Positions 26,952-36,732 of a DNA stretch of 64,000 nucleotides are shown here, piece after piece. Origin of the DNA: Candidatus Calditenuis fumarioli (lineage in GTDB: Archaea; Thermoproteota; Nitrososphaeria_A; Caldarchaeales; Calditenuaceae); the NCBI GenBank assembly GCA_030059665.1, contig JANVYR010000002.1:321441-385440 (forward strand), given 5' to 3'. Every line of letters starts with the position of its first letter. Position 1 is the first letter of the stretch. Under the pieces are notes generated by a model, which ran no database searches, was not told where the DNA came from, and worked only from the letters and a program-made list of their open reading frames with translations. The position numbers and the translations under genes were made by a program.

Positions 26952-28265
26952 TTGAGGCCCATTTGGCCGGCCCTATTCACGCTGACTGTCCTCCTCGCGT
27001 TGGGAGCGCTCCAGCTCGTCCCGGCCAGCGCCCAGCAGGCGTCGGTTCCCCGGGTGCTTCTCGTCGAGGTCTCCGGGCACATCTCCACCTCCACGGCCGA
27101 GTGGCTCGAGGACGTGCTGCTGCGGAGGTCGCTGGGCTACTCCGCGGTGCTGATAACGCTCGACACCTTCGGGGGCCTCGCCGACGCGACGCTCAGGATC
27201 ATGGAGGCCATCACCGCCTCACCCGTTCCGGTGATCGTCTACGTCTACCCTCCCGGCGGTCAGGCCCTCTCCGCTGGGACCTACATACTGATGTCCGCTG
27301 ATCTCGCCGCGATGGCGCCCTACACCATCATCGGGTCCGCCCAGCCTGTAGTTGGCGGCGTGCCGACGGAGGAGCCGAAGCTCGTGAACTTCCTGGTCGA
27401 GAAGATGAGGACCGTCGCCAGACTTCATGGTAGGAACGAGACCCAGGCCGCGAGGTTCGTCACGCACAACGACAACCTGGGACCGGAGGAGGCGCTGAGG
27501 AGGGGCGTGATCGAGGTGGTCGCCGATAACGTGGAGGACCTGCTCCAGAAGGCCCACGGTCGTACCGTTAAGAGGCTCGGAGGCGAGACCACACTGAACC
27601 TGAGGGGGGCTGTCGTCGAGAGAGCGCATGCCGACCTTAGGGTCGCGATCCTCGACGTGCTCAGCGACCCGCTAGTCTCCACGCTCCTGCTCTCGTTGGG
27701 CTTCCTGATACTGGTGGTGGGCCTCTCCCATCCCGGGCTCGGCGCAGAGCTGACGGGTGCTGTGCTGATTCTCCTCGGCCTCGTGGGCCAGGGCTTCAAC
27801 GTCAACTGGGTGGGTCTCGGCCTGATCGTGCTGGGCTCAGTGCTGATCCTGTACGAGTTCTACACGGGAGGGACCATGGTTGCGCTCGCCTTCGGCATAG
27901 CGATGATGGTGATTGGGTCGATCCTCATCATCAGGGCGCCGCCGGGTAACGTGCTGATCGCTCCCCAGTGGCTCGAGGAGGCGATGCTGGGCATCGCGGC
28001 CGCAGGCATCTTCGCTGGCTCGGTTGCTGGCTTCATCATCTACAAGGCGCTCAGGGCCACCAAGCGGAGGCCGGTGCCGATGGTGCCCGTCACCACGGGC
28101 CGCGCCGTCGAGGACATCCCCAAGGGCTCGGAGGGATACGCGGTGATCGGCGGCGAGTACAGGAGGGTCATCGCGGTGAAGGACGTCAAGCAGGGCCAGC
28201 GCCTCAGGGTCGTCGGGAAGCAGGACAACCTCTTCCTCGTCGAGCCGTTGGAGCAACAGCAGTGA
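26952..28265 (+). CDS. NfeD-like membrane serine protease (stomatin operon partner)
   Basis: ClpP-like domain with TM helices and a C-terminal OB/beta domain. Located immediately downstream of stomatin. Confidence 0.8.
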   Translation: MRPIWPALFTLTVLLALGALQLVPASAQQASVPRVLLVEVSGHISTSTAEWLEDVLLRRSLGYSAVLITLDTFGGLADATLRIMEAITASPVPVIVYVYPPGGQALSAGTYILMSADLAAMAPYTIIGSAQPVVGGVPTEEPKLVNFLVEKMRTVARLHGRNETQAARFVTHNDNLGPEEALRRGVIEVVADNVEDLLQKAHGRTVKRLGGETTLNLRGAVVERAHADLRVAILDVLSDPLVSTLLLSLGFLILVVGLSHPGLGAELTGAVLILLGLVGQGFNVNWVGLGLIVLGSVLILYEFYTGGTMVALAFGIAMMVIGSILIIRAPPGNVLIAPQWLEEAMLGIAAAGIFAGSVAGFIIYKALRATKRRPVPMVPVTTGRAVEDIPKGSEGYAVIGGEYRRVIAVKDVKQGQRLRVVGKQDNLFLVEPLEQQQ

Positions 28266-28325
28266 CCGTGGGGAAGGTTTGACGTGACAAAAAAGAGCTG
28301 ACTTGACCCGAGGAACCCGAACCCG

Positions 28326-28754
28326 CTAGAAGCCCGGTCTCCTGAACCTTCTCCTCTGGAACCTCTCCCTCGGCCCGGACCCGGAATAGCCGGAGGACGC
28401 CACGACGCGCTCGGAGAGGTTGTTCTCGGTGTTCACCTCCTCCAGGCTCACGTCGGCCGCCTCCACCTTCCCGTACCTTCCGAGGTTCAGCTGCATCCTG
28501 CCCTTGAAGACCTTGACGTAGGCGTTGGTGACCTTGATCGTGTCTCCCTCCTTAACCCTGTCCACGTCGTCGTCCCAGAGGACCATCGAGATCGCACCGC
28601 TCTCGTCCGCGATCAGGGCCGTCGAGAGCCTGTGCTCTGCGTTGTCGTACTGGCTCCCCACAACGCGCGGCTCCGTCTTCGAAACGACCTTCGCGATCAG
28701 GTTCACGCCCCTCGAGCTCGGGTTCAGGTCTCCTATCTTCACGAACTCACTCAA
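28326..28754 (-). CDS. ssb: Single-OB-fold ssDNA-binding protein (crenarchaeal SSB-type) with flexible C-terminal tail
   Basis: Collinear with the Sulfolobus-type SSB (KIGDLNP...ADESG...LWDD...EGD...V.N). The tail is Gly/Ser/Arg-rich. Confidence 0.7.
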   Translation of the reverse strand: MSEFVKIGDLNPSSRGVNLIAKVVSKTEPRVVGSQYDNAEHRLSTALIADESGAISMVLWDDDVDRVKEGDTIKVTNAYVKVFKGRMQLNLGRYGKVEAADVSLEEVNTENNLSERVVASSGYSGSGPRERFQRRRFRRPGF

Positions 28755-28797
28755 TCCCTTTCCTCACTCTTTTTGTGACCGTACTCCCTAAGACCAA

Positions 28798-28806
28798 CTT
28801 ATAAAG
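28798..28806 (-). promoter_or_regulatory. Consensus archaeal TATA box (TTTATAAG) ~45 nt upstream of ssb ATG
   Basis: On the + strand this reads cttataaagg. Confidence 0.4.
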
Positions 28807-28933
28807 GTTCCTGAACCCCCCATACGCGACACGATACCGAGCAGTTGTGGTCGTAGGCGGTCGAGGTCTCCTTCCCGACGCTAACGGCAGAACTTGGACG
28901 CGGGTTTATACGTTACAGAGGCTGAATTTCGGT

Positions 28934-29353
28934 ATGAGGCCACGCGATTTAGAGATGAACGATTTGGTTAACACATTGATCAAAGAACACCGTGAGATCA
29001 GGAATCTGCTCAAGGAGCTGTACTCGCTGATCGTTGAGGAAAGATATGCAGAGTTATCGCAGAAACTGGAAAATTTTCAGCCTTACCTCGATCAACACGT
29101 GATCGATGAGGAAGCGCGAATCCTTAAGGCCATACTCGAGAAGTACGGCCGCGAGGGGGCTGAGGGAGCCATAAGGGTCTTCCAGGAACACAGATTGATA
29201 CACGAACTGATAAGAGAGATGAAGGCCGTAGCATCGGACAAAAGCGAATTGGCTCGTAAGGGAGAGGAACTCAGAGCTCTTCTGGAGAGACATTTCAGAG
29301 CGGAGGAGGAAGAGGTCTTCCCGAAGGCCCTCGACGCGGGCAAAAAGAAGTGA
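28934..29353 (+). CDS. Hemerythrin-like (HHE cation-binding) domain protein; GC-poor relative to surroundings
   Basis: H..E...H...EE spacing within a helical bundle. GC is about 50% against about 65% for the flanks. Confidence 0.5.
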   Translation: MRPRDLEMNDLVNTLIKEHREIRNLLKELYSLIVEERYAELSQKLENFQPYLDQHVIDEEARILKAILEKYGREGAEGAIRVFQEHRLIHELIREMKAVASDKSELARKGEELRALLERHFRAEEEEVFPKALDAGKKK

Positions 29354-29447
29354 TCTGCTCGTGAACATGGAGGTTGGACGCGATCCTCACTAGCTGATGC
29401 GTAGCAGGTCTTCACACATAACGAGCATGAACTAACGCATGGTGATG

Positions 29448-29951
29448 CTACTTGGGATGGTGCTCAGCATAGCGATCGATCCTGGACAGCGCGATCGACC
29501 TGGCCGTCCCCTCTACCGGCTCACTGGTCAACTCTATCTCCTCCAACCACTTGATGCTCTGGTAGCACTGCTGACCGTAGAAGACCAGTCGGAAGGGGCC
29601 TCCGTGCTCCACCGGTATCTCCTTTCCCCTGTAGCGGTAGGCCACCACCATCTCCCTCGCTTCCCGTAGGGGGAAGCACTCGGTGTAGTCGCCCGACTTG
29701 AACACGGCATACCGCGCCTCCGGGAGGACCCCGGCCAGGTCCAGCAGTGTGGCGACCTTGACCCCCTCCCACTCGGTGTCGGGGACCGTCCACCCCTCCA
29801 GGCAACGGAAGTCGAAGGTCAGGGAGACGGAGGGAAGCCGCATCACCTCCTCGACCGTCAACTCGACCTCCCTCGCCACCTTTCCGCGGATGCGCAGGGA
29901 CCTAACGGCCCGCGGCCTGGAGGGGAACTCGGGGAGGTCCCTCAGCAGCAC
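29448..29951 (-). CDS. Sulfite-oxidase-family molybdopterin-binding domain protein (single domain)
   Basis: FRCLEGWTVPDTEWEGV and GKEIPVEHGGPFRLV motifs. Confidence 0.65.
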   Translation of the reverse strand: MLLRDLPEFPSRPRAVRSLRIRGKVAREVELTVEEVMRLPSVSLTFDFRCLEGWTVPDTEWEGVKVATLLDLAGVLPEARYAVFKSGDYTECFPLREAREMVVAYRYRGKEIPVEHGGPFRLVFYGQQCYQSIKWLEEIELTSEPVEGTARSIALSRIDRYAEHHPK

Positions 29952-30236
29952 ACGTGTAGAGTGGTCGTTGTTGATATAACGTTTTTCACCTTTGGCTCTG
30001 TGCGTGTCTCATTTCCGGGTGGTCCTCGCTGAGCGTAAGGTTGCCTTGGGTGCCCGCGAAACGCGCACCTCAGGGCCTGTCGCCTCGGACCCGCAATTCC
30101 TCCCTGTGCCTGAAACTACCTGAGATCCGATCCAGACACGTTCGATGTCGACGACGACCGGACGGTGCCTTTAAATGCCATCCCTCGTCAGCGCGCGCCA
30201 CGGGACACCGCAGGTGATGCGTCTAAAGGGAGGCGC

Positions 30237-31412
30237 ATGCGACGTCCTGCACAGGACTTGGACGCGTGGCTGAACCTGCTGGCCTTCGTGGCGTCGGTCG
30301 GGCTGGTGGCTGGTTTCGTCCTCACCAGACGGCTCAACGTCGGCTACTCGCTGGCGCTGGGCGTGGCCCTTTACGGCGTCCTCTCCTTCAGCCCGAAGGA
30401 TCTGGTCGATGTGACGCTGGCCTCCTTCGACCTTAGGATGCTGAACGTCACGACCACGCTGGTCCTGGCCATCACGCTCTCCTACCTCCTCCAGCGCGAC
30501 GGCTCTAGGATCTACTCGGGCATGGTCTCGCTGGGCCCGAGAGCAGCAGCATACGGCATCCCAGCGACCATCGGGCTCCTCCCGATGCCAGGTGGAGCGT
30601 ACGTCTCGGCGGTGATCGCGGACCCGCTCTACAGCAGGCTCGGCCTCGACGCCAAGCATAAGGTCTTCATCAACTACTGGTGGAGGCACATCTGGATACC
30701 GATCTGGCCGCTGTACCAGGGAGTGATCCTGGCAGCCGCTATACTCAACACCACGCCCGTGAACGTCATCCGCTGGACCTGGCCCGCATCGGTCGCGGCC
30801 ATCCTCTCGGGTCTGGTCACCCTCAACTCCGTCCCCAGGGTCTCCGAGAACGGCGTGCCCAGGGCGCTCGTCTCGCTCTGGCCGATCGCTCTGGTCGCGG
30901 TGCTGACGTTCGTTCTCCCGCTGCCGATCGCAGTGGCATCGGTCCTGATCCTTTACTCCCTGGTGGAGAGGGTGGGGATGAGGGAGCTGCTAAGGGCCTT
31001 CAAGCACGGCCTCAACCCGAACATCCTTCTGATCATCGTCGGATCGCTCGTCTTCTCGGAGTACATCGAGGCGACCGGGCTGAACCACCTCCTCTCGGAC
31101 ATCCTGGGCCCGTATGGTCCGGTGGCCGTGTTCTCCATCCCCCTGATCATCGGCTTCGCGACCGGTGTGGAGTTCTCGTTCGTCACGCTGACGTTCCCTC
31201 CGCTGCTCAACCTGCTCAACGGTTACATGCTCGCGCTGGCCTTCGCTGGCGGCCACATCGGCGTCATGCTCAGCCCCGCTCACAGCTGCTTCGTCCTATC
31301 CGCGGAGCACTTCAGGTGTGAGATGAGGAGCGTCTACGGGTACCTGTTCAAAGCGGTGGCGGTTGAAATCCCAATCGCAGCTGCACTGATATATCTTTTG
31401 ATGACTCTGTAG
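30237..31412 (+). CDS. Polytopic membrane protein (DUF401-like putative permease)
   Basis: About 10 TM helices. Start taken at MRRPAQDL. Confidence 0.45.
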   Translation: MRRPAQDLDAWLNLLAFVASVGLVAGFVLTRRLNVGYSLALGVALYGVLSFSPKDLVDVTLASFDLRMLNVTTTLVLAITLSYLLQRDGSRIYSGMVSLGPRAAAYGIPATIGLLPMPGGAYVSAVIADPLYSRLGLDAKHKVFINYWWRHIWIPIWPLYQGVILAAAILNTTPVNVIRWTWPASVAAILSGLVTLNSVPRVSENGVPRALVSLWPIALVAVLTFVLPLPIAVASVLILYSLVERVGMRELLRAFKHGLNPNILLIIVGSLVFSEYIEATGLNHLLSDILGPYGPVAVFSIPLIIGFATGVEFSFVTLTFPPLLNLLNGYMLALAFAGGHIGVMLSPAHSCFVLSAEHFRCEMRSVYGYLFKAVAVEIPIAAALIYLLMTL

Positions 31413-31425
31413 AAAATCCTGGACA

Positions 31426-33414
31426 TCAGAAGAGCTCGGAGATGTCCCTGACTTTCACCTTGCCCTCAAGACCCATCACCCGGGCCGCGTCCTCGAGCAT
31501 GGCGAGGCAGAACGGGCACTCGCTGACGACCACCTCTGCGCCGGTGGAGAGGGCCTCCTCGAGACGTTGGACGCTCTCCCTCTTCAACCGCTTGATCTCG
31601 TACCAGTAGTTCCCTCCACCGCCGCCGCAGCAGAACGTCTCCCTCCCCCTCCTTCTCATCTCCCTCAGGTCAAGCCCTGCAAGTGCCTGACGGGGCTCGC
31701 TAACGATCCCGTTGTGCCTGGCCAGGTAGCAGGAGTCGTGCAGCGTCACCGAGACCGCCTCCCTTGCCCTCAACTTCCCCTCGCTGACGAGCCTCCCCAG
31801 GAGGACCGAGTGGTGGAGCACCTCTATCTCCAACCCGAACTCCCTGTACTCGTTCCTAAGCGCCTGGAAGCAGTGCGGGCAGTGCGTAACCACCTTCTTC
31901 CCGTTAAGGGCCTTCAGGACCTCGACGTTCGCGTACGCCAGCTCCTGGAACCTCCCCTCCTCGCCGATCCGCCGGGCCTCAGCGCCTGTGCAGGACTCGG
32001 ACGGCCCCAGCAGCGCGAAGTTCAGGCCGCACCTGTTCATCACCTCGACCATTTTCTTCGCGATCTGTCTCGCCCTCGAGTCGAAGGTGGCCAGGCACCC
32101 GAGCCAGTAGACGTACTCGGCATCGGGGTTCTCATCGAGCGTCTTCGCACCCAAAGCCCTCAGCTCCTCGATCGCCTCTTCTCTTGCCGAAGGCGGGAGG
32201 CCGTACATGTTACCGGTTCTACCGAGCGACGTGAGGACCTCCACCGCCCTCTTCTCAAGCCGTCCCTCGAAGGTCAGGGCCCTCCTCGCCTCTATGATGT
32301 ACTCGAGCGGGCTGATCGTGACAGGGCAGGCCTCCACGCAGGCAGCGCAGGTGGTGCAGGCGAAGAGCTCGTCGTAGGTGAGGACCCCGGACTCGAAGAC
32401 GTCCCTCGGCCCGCGCCTCCTCGACTCCCAAAGCTCGACCCGGAGCTTCTGGACCACCATCCTCGGCGAGAGCGGAGTTCCGGCGGCGAACGCCGGACAG
32501 ACGGCCTCGCACCTGCCGCAGTCGGTGCAGGCGTCGAGCCCCATCCTCTGGTACCAGCTCAGCTCCGTAACTTTCCTGAAGCCCACCCTGATCTCGGCCG
32601 ACTCGTCGAGCTCCTGGAGCTTGAAGGGCGTGCCCGCAATCATGGGGAGCCTCGGTGCGGTGTGAGAGAGTCCAGCGTAGAAGACGGCCACGACCGAGTG
32701 GAGGAGGTTGGTGAAGGGGAGGGATGCGACGAGCCCGAAGGCCACCAGCGCGTGCGACCACCACACCCAGCCGTACAGCTGGGCCATCGCCTCACGCGGA
32801 GGTCCCAGGTAGGAGAGGGCAACAGAAACGGAGTTGCCGACGAACGAGTAACCAGACCAAGGGACCCGGGTGACGTAGAGCCTGACACCCTCGAGGAGGT
32901 AACCGGTGACGCCGATGTAAAGGAGGCCGTACAGGTAGGAGTAGTACTCGACCCTGTTCCTGAGCCTCCTGACGCCAGCGTAGTGCCTCCCCAGCGCCAC
33001 CAGAAGGCCGTAGAGAAGGAAGAGCCCGAAGAGGTCGAGCGTCGCCTCGAAGGCCAGGTAGAATGTGCCCTCGAGGAGCTTTCCTCCGAACCGCTCGAAG
33101 AGGTCGAAGTCGATGGCCACCAGCACGGTCCCTATGAAGAGCGCGAGGATGCCGTAGCTCAGGCCCAGGTGCATCAGCCCCGGTCCCATCTCCCTGAGGA
33201 TCCGCCTCTGGGCTACCGCGTACCGCACGACGTTCCTGAGCCAGCCCACCGGGTCCCTGGCGATGGCCCTGAGGGCCTCGAGTCCGTACTCGGAGAGCTT
33301 CAGGTAAAGTCCGTAGAGGAAGACCGCAGCGAACGGTATCAGAACGAGGTACATCATCAGCTCGGTACCGTGCGGGAGCAGCGCGAAGTTCTCCCTAGCC
33401 GGGAGCTCGCTCAC
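31426..33414 (-). CDS. Membrane-anchored Fe-S oxidoreductase: NarI/HdrE-like TM domain + 2x[4Fe-4S] + two CCG domains (HdrD/GlpC-like)
   Basis: N-terminal 5-6 TM helices. Ferredoxin-type Cys clusters CTDCGRCEAVCP and CTTCAACVEACP, plus a CCG-type cluster FCCGGGGG. Other Cys motifs include HCPHC and ECPFC. Confidence 0.75.
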   Translation of the reverse strand: MSELPARENFALLPHGTELMMYLVLIPFAAVFLYGLYLKLSEYGLEALRAIARDPVGWLRNVVRYAVAQRRILREMGPGLMHLGLSYGILALFIGTVLVAIDFDLFERFGGKLLEGTFYLAFEATLDLFGLFLLYGLLVALGRHYAGVRRLRNRVEYYSYLYGLLYIGVTGYLLEGVRLYVTRVPWSGYSFVGNSVSVALSYLGPPREAMAQLYGWVWWSHALVAFGLVASLPFTNLLHSVVAVFYAGLSHTAPRLPMIAGTPFKLQELDESAEIRVGFRKVTELSWYQRMGLDACTDCGRCEAVCPAFAAGTPLSPRMVVQKLRVELWESRRRGPRDVFESGVLTYDELFACTTCAACVEACPVTISPLEYIIEARRALTFEGRLEKRAVEVLTSLGRTGNMYGLPPSAREEAIEELRALGAKTLDENPDAEYVYWLGCLATFDSRARQIAKKMVEVMNRCGLNFALLGPSESCTGAEARRIGEEGRFQELAYANVEVLKALNGKKVVTHCPHCFQALRNEYREFGLEIEVLHHSVLLGRLVSEGKLRAREAVSVTLHDSCYLARHNGIVSEPRQALAGLDLREMRRRGRETFCCGGGGGNYWYEIKRLKRESVQRLEEALSTGAEVVVSECPFCLAMLEDAARVMGLEGKVKVRDISELF

Positions 33415-33475
33415 GCGATGATCGGGTGACCAGAAAGATAAGAACCTGCGGACGTCACAAGTGAGGTGTGCGCCT

Positions 33476-34747
33476 TCAGGTCCTCAGGTCCAGGACGCGC
33501 TTCGCCTTGCCAACCTCCTGCCTCGGCAGCGTCATCGGGTCCACCAGCTCCACCACCGGGTCCACCAGCAGGCTCTCCGCGATCTCCCGGCGCACCCTCT
33601 CCGCTAATTCCCTCCTCCTCTCCTGAGGCACGTCGGAAGAGGCGAGCTCGACCGTCAGCTTCATGACGTCCAGCCCCTTCTCCCGTGTCAGTGTGATCTG
33701 GTACTCCATCCCCAGCTCCGGGAACCTCATCAGCACCGCCTCTATAGCCGACGGCCAGATCGCGACGCCCCTCACCTTGACCATGTCGTCGATCCTTCCG
33801 GTGATCCGCTCGATCCTGAGGTGGGTCCTGCCGCAGTCGCAAGCCCTCGCGTCGTAGACCCTCGAGACGTCCCTGCTCCTGTACCTGATCAGTGGCATCG
33901 CCTCCTTCGTCAGCGTCGTGAAGACCAGCTCGCCCCTCTCCTCCGGCCCCACCGGCTCCCCGGTCTTGGGGTCTATCACCTCGACCAGGAAGTGGTCCTC
34001 CCAGAGGTGGAGGCCGTCGTGGAGGTAGCAGTCGTTGGCCACACCCGGCCCGCAGAGCTCGGTGAAGCCGTAGATGTCGTAGACGTCCATGTCCCAGGCC
34101 TTCGAGATCCTGCGCTTCATCTCTTCTGACCAAATCTCTGAACCGAAGACGCCCTTCCTGACCAGCGTGTCCCTCGCCGGGTCGACGCCCATCTCGTAGG
34201 CCGTCTCGGTCAGCCTCAGCACGTACGAGACCACAGCGCTGATCATGGTGGTGCCGAGATCGCGCATCAGCTGTATCTGCCTCCTGCTGTTGCCCGCACC
34301 CGTTGGCACGATGAAGGCGCCGATCTTCCGGGCGCCGTAGTAGAACCCGAAGCCGCCGGTGAAGAGGCCGAAGCTTGGGGTGATCTGGAAGACGTCCTCC
34401 TTCCTGAGGCCCGACATGTACAGGGACCTGGCCATAACCTCAGCCCAGACCTCGATGTCGTTCATCGTGTAGAGCCCGACGGTTGGCGTGCCGGTAGTGC
34501 CCGAGGTCATGTGGATCTCCACCAGCTCCGACTTGGGAACCGCGAGCAATCCGAAGGGATAGGTGGCCCTCAGCGTCTCCTTGTCGGTGAACGGGAGCTT
34601 CCTCAGGTCGTCGAGCGTCCTCACGTCGTCCGGCGTCAACCCCCTCTCCCTCATCGCCTCCCGGTAGAAGCGGACGTTCTCGTAGGAGTGCTTGACCGTC
34701 CACCTCAACCTCTCCAGCTTCAGCTTTTCCAGCTCCTCGCGGGGCAT
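33476..34747 (-). CDS. paaK: Phenylacetate-CoA ligase (PaaK family adenylate-forming enzyme)
   Basis: HMTSGTTGTPT, YGFTE and the PaaK-specific C-domain. ATG at 34747. Confidence 0.85.
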   Translation of the reverse strand: MPREELEKLKLERLRWTVKHSYENVRFYREAMRERGLTPDDVRTLDDLRKLPFTDKETLRATYPFGLLAVPKSELVEIHMTSGTTGTPTVGLYTMNDIEVWAEVMARSLYMSGLRKEDVFQITPSFGLFTGGFGFYYGARKIGAFIVPTGAGNSRRQIQLMRDLGTTMISAVVSYVLRLTETAYEMGVDPARDTLVRKGVFGSEIWSEEMKRRISKAWDMDVYDIYGFTELCGPGVANDCYLHDGLHLWEDHFLVEVIDPKTGEPVGPEERGELVFTTLTKEAMPLIRYRSRDVSRVYDARACDCGRTHLRIERITGRIDDMVKVRGVAIWPSAIEAVLMRFPELGMEYQITLTREKGLDVMKLTVELASSDVPQERRRELAERVRREIAESLLVDPVVELVDPMTLPRQEVGKAKRVLDLRT

Positions 34748-34862
34748 CGTCTCCGCGCGCCGGTTGTAGTAGCCCTCCGCCCTCACACCAGAGAACCGAC
34801 CGACGGTCTCATTAAAATCTGAAAGCGGAGGGTGGCACTGAGGCTTCACATGTGCTGAACCG

Positions 34863-36614
34863 TCACGTCTTCCCGCCTGAGGACCGACCTGCAAGGACGT
34901 CATCGATCGAGCCGACGTTCCTCTCCCTCCGCTCGACAAGCCCCCTGATCCACTCGACGAAGTCGCCCAGCGCGACGTTCCTCGCCACCTTCCCCTCGTG
35001 GTCCCTGACCGATACCGTGCCGGAGCCCTCCTCCGCCTCGCCCACTATCACCGCGAACGAGGCCCTCCGCCGGTGCGCCTCCCTGATCCTCTTCTCCAAG
35101 GTGCCCTCAGTCCACAGCTCGGCCCTTATGCCAGCTTCGAGAAGGGCCCTCAGCACCACCTCCGCGTAACCCGACTGGGCAGACCTCACCGGCAGCACCA
35201 CCGCCTGAAGCGGCGAGAGCCAGACGGGCAGCCTGCCGTTGTAGTGCTCCAGCAGCAGACCTGTGAAGCGCTCGAGGCTTCCGAGGATGGCCCTGTGGAT
35301 CATCACGGGCCTCTTCCTCGTGCCGTCCTGATCGACGTACTCGAGGCCCAGCCGCTCGGGCATGAAGAAGTCCAGCTGTATTGTGGAGCACTGCCACCGC
35401 CTCCCCATCGAGTCCTCCACGTCCACGTCGATCTTCGGTCCGTAGAACGCGCCCTCGCCGTGCTTGATCTCGTAGCGGATCCCGGTCGACTCGAGGGCCG
35501 CCTTCAGATCCGACTCGGCCAGGTCCCAGAGCTCCTTCGTCCCTATGTGCCTCTCGGGCCTCGTGGAGAGGTTGACGTGGACGGGTGCTCCTAGAACGCG
35601 ATCCAGCACCTCGAACGCCGCGAAGAGTATCTCCCTCACCACCTGCTCGACCTGATCGGGCCTGGCGAATACGTGGCCGTCGTCCTGAGTGATGCTCCTG
35701 ACCCTGAGGAGGCCCGTGAGCTCACCGGGCTGCTCGTTCCTGTAGACCGTGCCGAACTCCGAGAGCTTCACCGGAAGGTCCCGGTAGCTTCTGGTGGAGC
35801 TGGCGTAGATCATCGCGTGACCCGGGCAGTTCATCGGCTTCAGCACGTACTCCTCGTCGCCGATCCTGAAGAGGAACATCCTGTCCCTGAAGGTCTCGTA
35901 GTGGCCTGTCCTCTGCCAGAGCGTCGACCTGAAGAGGTGCGGCGTCCAGACCTCCCTGAACCCGAGCCTCCGGTTCACCTCGCGGATCAGCCTGATCAGC
36001 TCCTCCCTGATGATGGCGCCGTTGGGGTGGAACAGTATCAGCCCGGAACCCACGTTCTCGTTGACGCTGAAGACGTCCAGCTCCCTGCCGAGGCGTATGT
36101 GGAGCGGTTCGCGCTCGGCCCTCTCAGCCACATGCTCCGCCCTCTGGGCCCTCTCCTGCACCGCACCGACCTGGGCCCTCTCCTCCTTCCGCGCAACGAC
36201 GTCGTCCTTCGTCACGACCCTCAGCTGCTCCGCCAAGGGATGGCCCTTCACCGAGAGCGTGAAGCGCTTGTTCCAGCCGAAGGGCGCCCGGTAGACCTCA
36301 AGCCCCATCGATCGGGCCTCAGCCTCCATCCTCCTGAGGATCTCCAGCGCCTTCTCCGGTCTCGCCAGCTCCGGGCTCAGGTGGGCGTAGGGGTAGATCA
36401 GGAGACGCTTCACGCCGAGCCTCTCCATGAAGCTCGCCACCTGTCTGAGCATCTCCGCAGCGACCTCGGGCGTGTCATCGCGCTCGACGCTGGTGAAGAG
36501 CACCACCGCCTCCTCCACCCGGTACCTCCTCCTGTCCACCTCCTCGAACACCCTTCCCTCTACCTGAACCGGCTCGTACTCGATCGAGTCGACGTGGAGC
36601 TGCAGCGCCCTCAT
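34863..36614 (-). CDS. thrS: Threonyl-tRNA synthetase
   Basis: Class II motifs HGEGAFYGPKIDV and QCSTIQLDF plus the anticodon-binding domain. Start is at MRALQLHVDSIEYE. Confidence 0.9.
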   Translation of the reverse strand: MRALQLHVDSIEYEPVQVEGRVFEEVDRRRYRVEEAVVLFTSVERDDTPEVAAEMLRQVASFMERLGVKRLLIYPYAHLSPELARPEKALEILRRMEAEARSMGLEVYRAPFGWNKRFTLSVKGHPLAEQLRVVTKDDVVARKEERAQVGAVQERAQRAEHVAERAEREPLHIRLGRELDVFSVNENVGSGLILFHPNGAIIREELIRLIREVNRRLGFREVWTPHLFRSTLWQRTGHYETFRDRMFLFRIGDEEYVLKPMNCPGHAMIYASSTRSYRDLPVKLSEFGTVYRNEQPGELTGLLRVRSITQDDGHVFARPDQVEQVVREILFAAFEVLDRVLGAPVHVNLSTRPERHIGTKELWDLAESDLKAALESTGIRYEIKHGEGAFYGPKIDVDVEDSMGRRWQCSTIQLDFFMPERLGLEYVDQDGTRKRPVMIHRAILGSLERFTGLLLEHYNGRLPVWLSPLQAVVLPVRSAQSGYAEVVLRALLEAGIRAELWTEGTLEKRIREAHRRRASFAVIVGEAEEGSGTVSVRDHEGKVARNVALGDFVEWIRGLVERRERNVGSIDDVLAGRSSGGKT

Positions 36615-36732
36615 CCCGCGCTTCACTTCCCTCCGGACCTTGCTGTTATTGAGGGTGGTCCCCGGATATTCCCCAAGCTGGGGGGAGGGGAATACGTCAG
36701 GCTGCTGACCCGGTGCCGCAGGAGCCGAAGCT

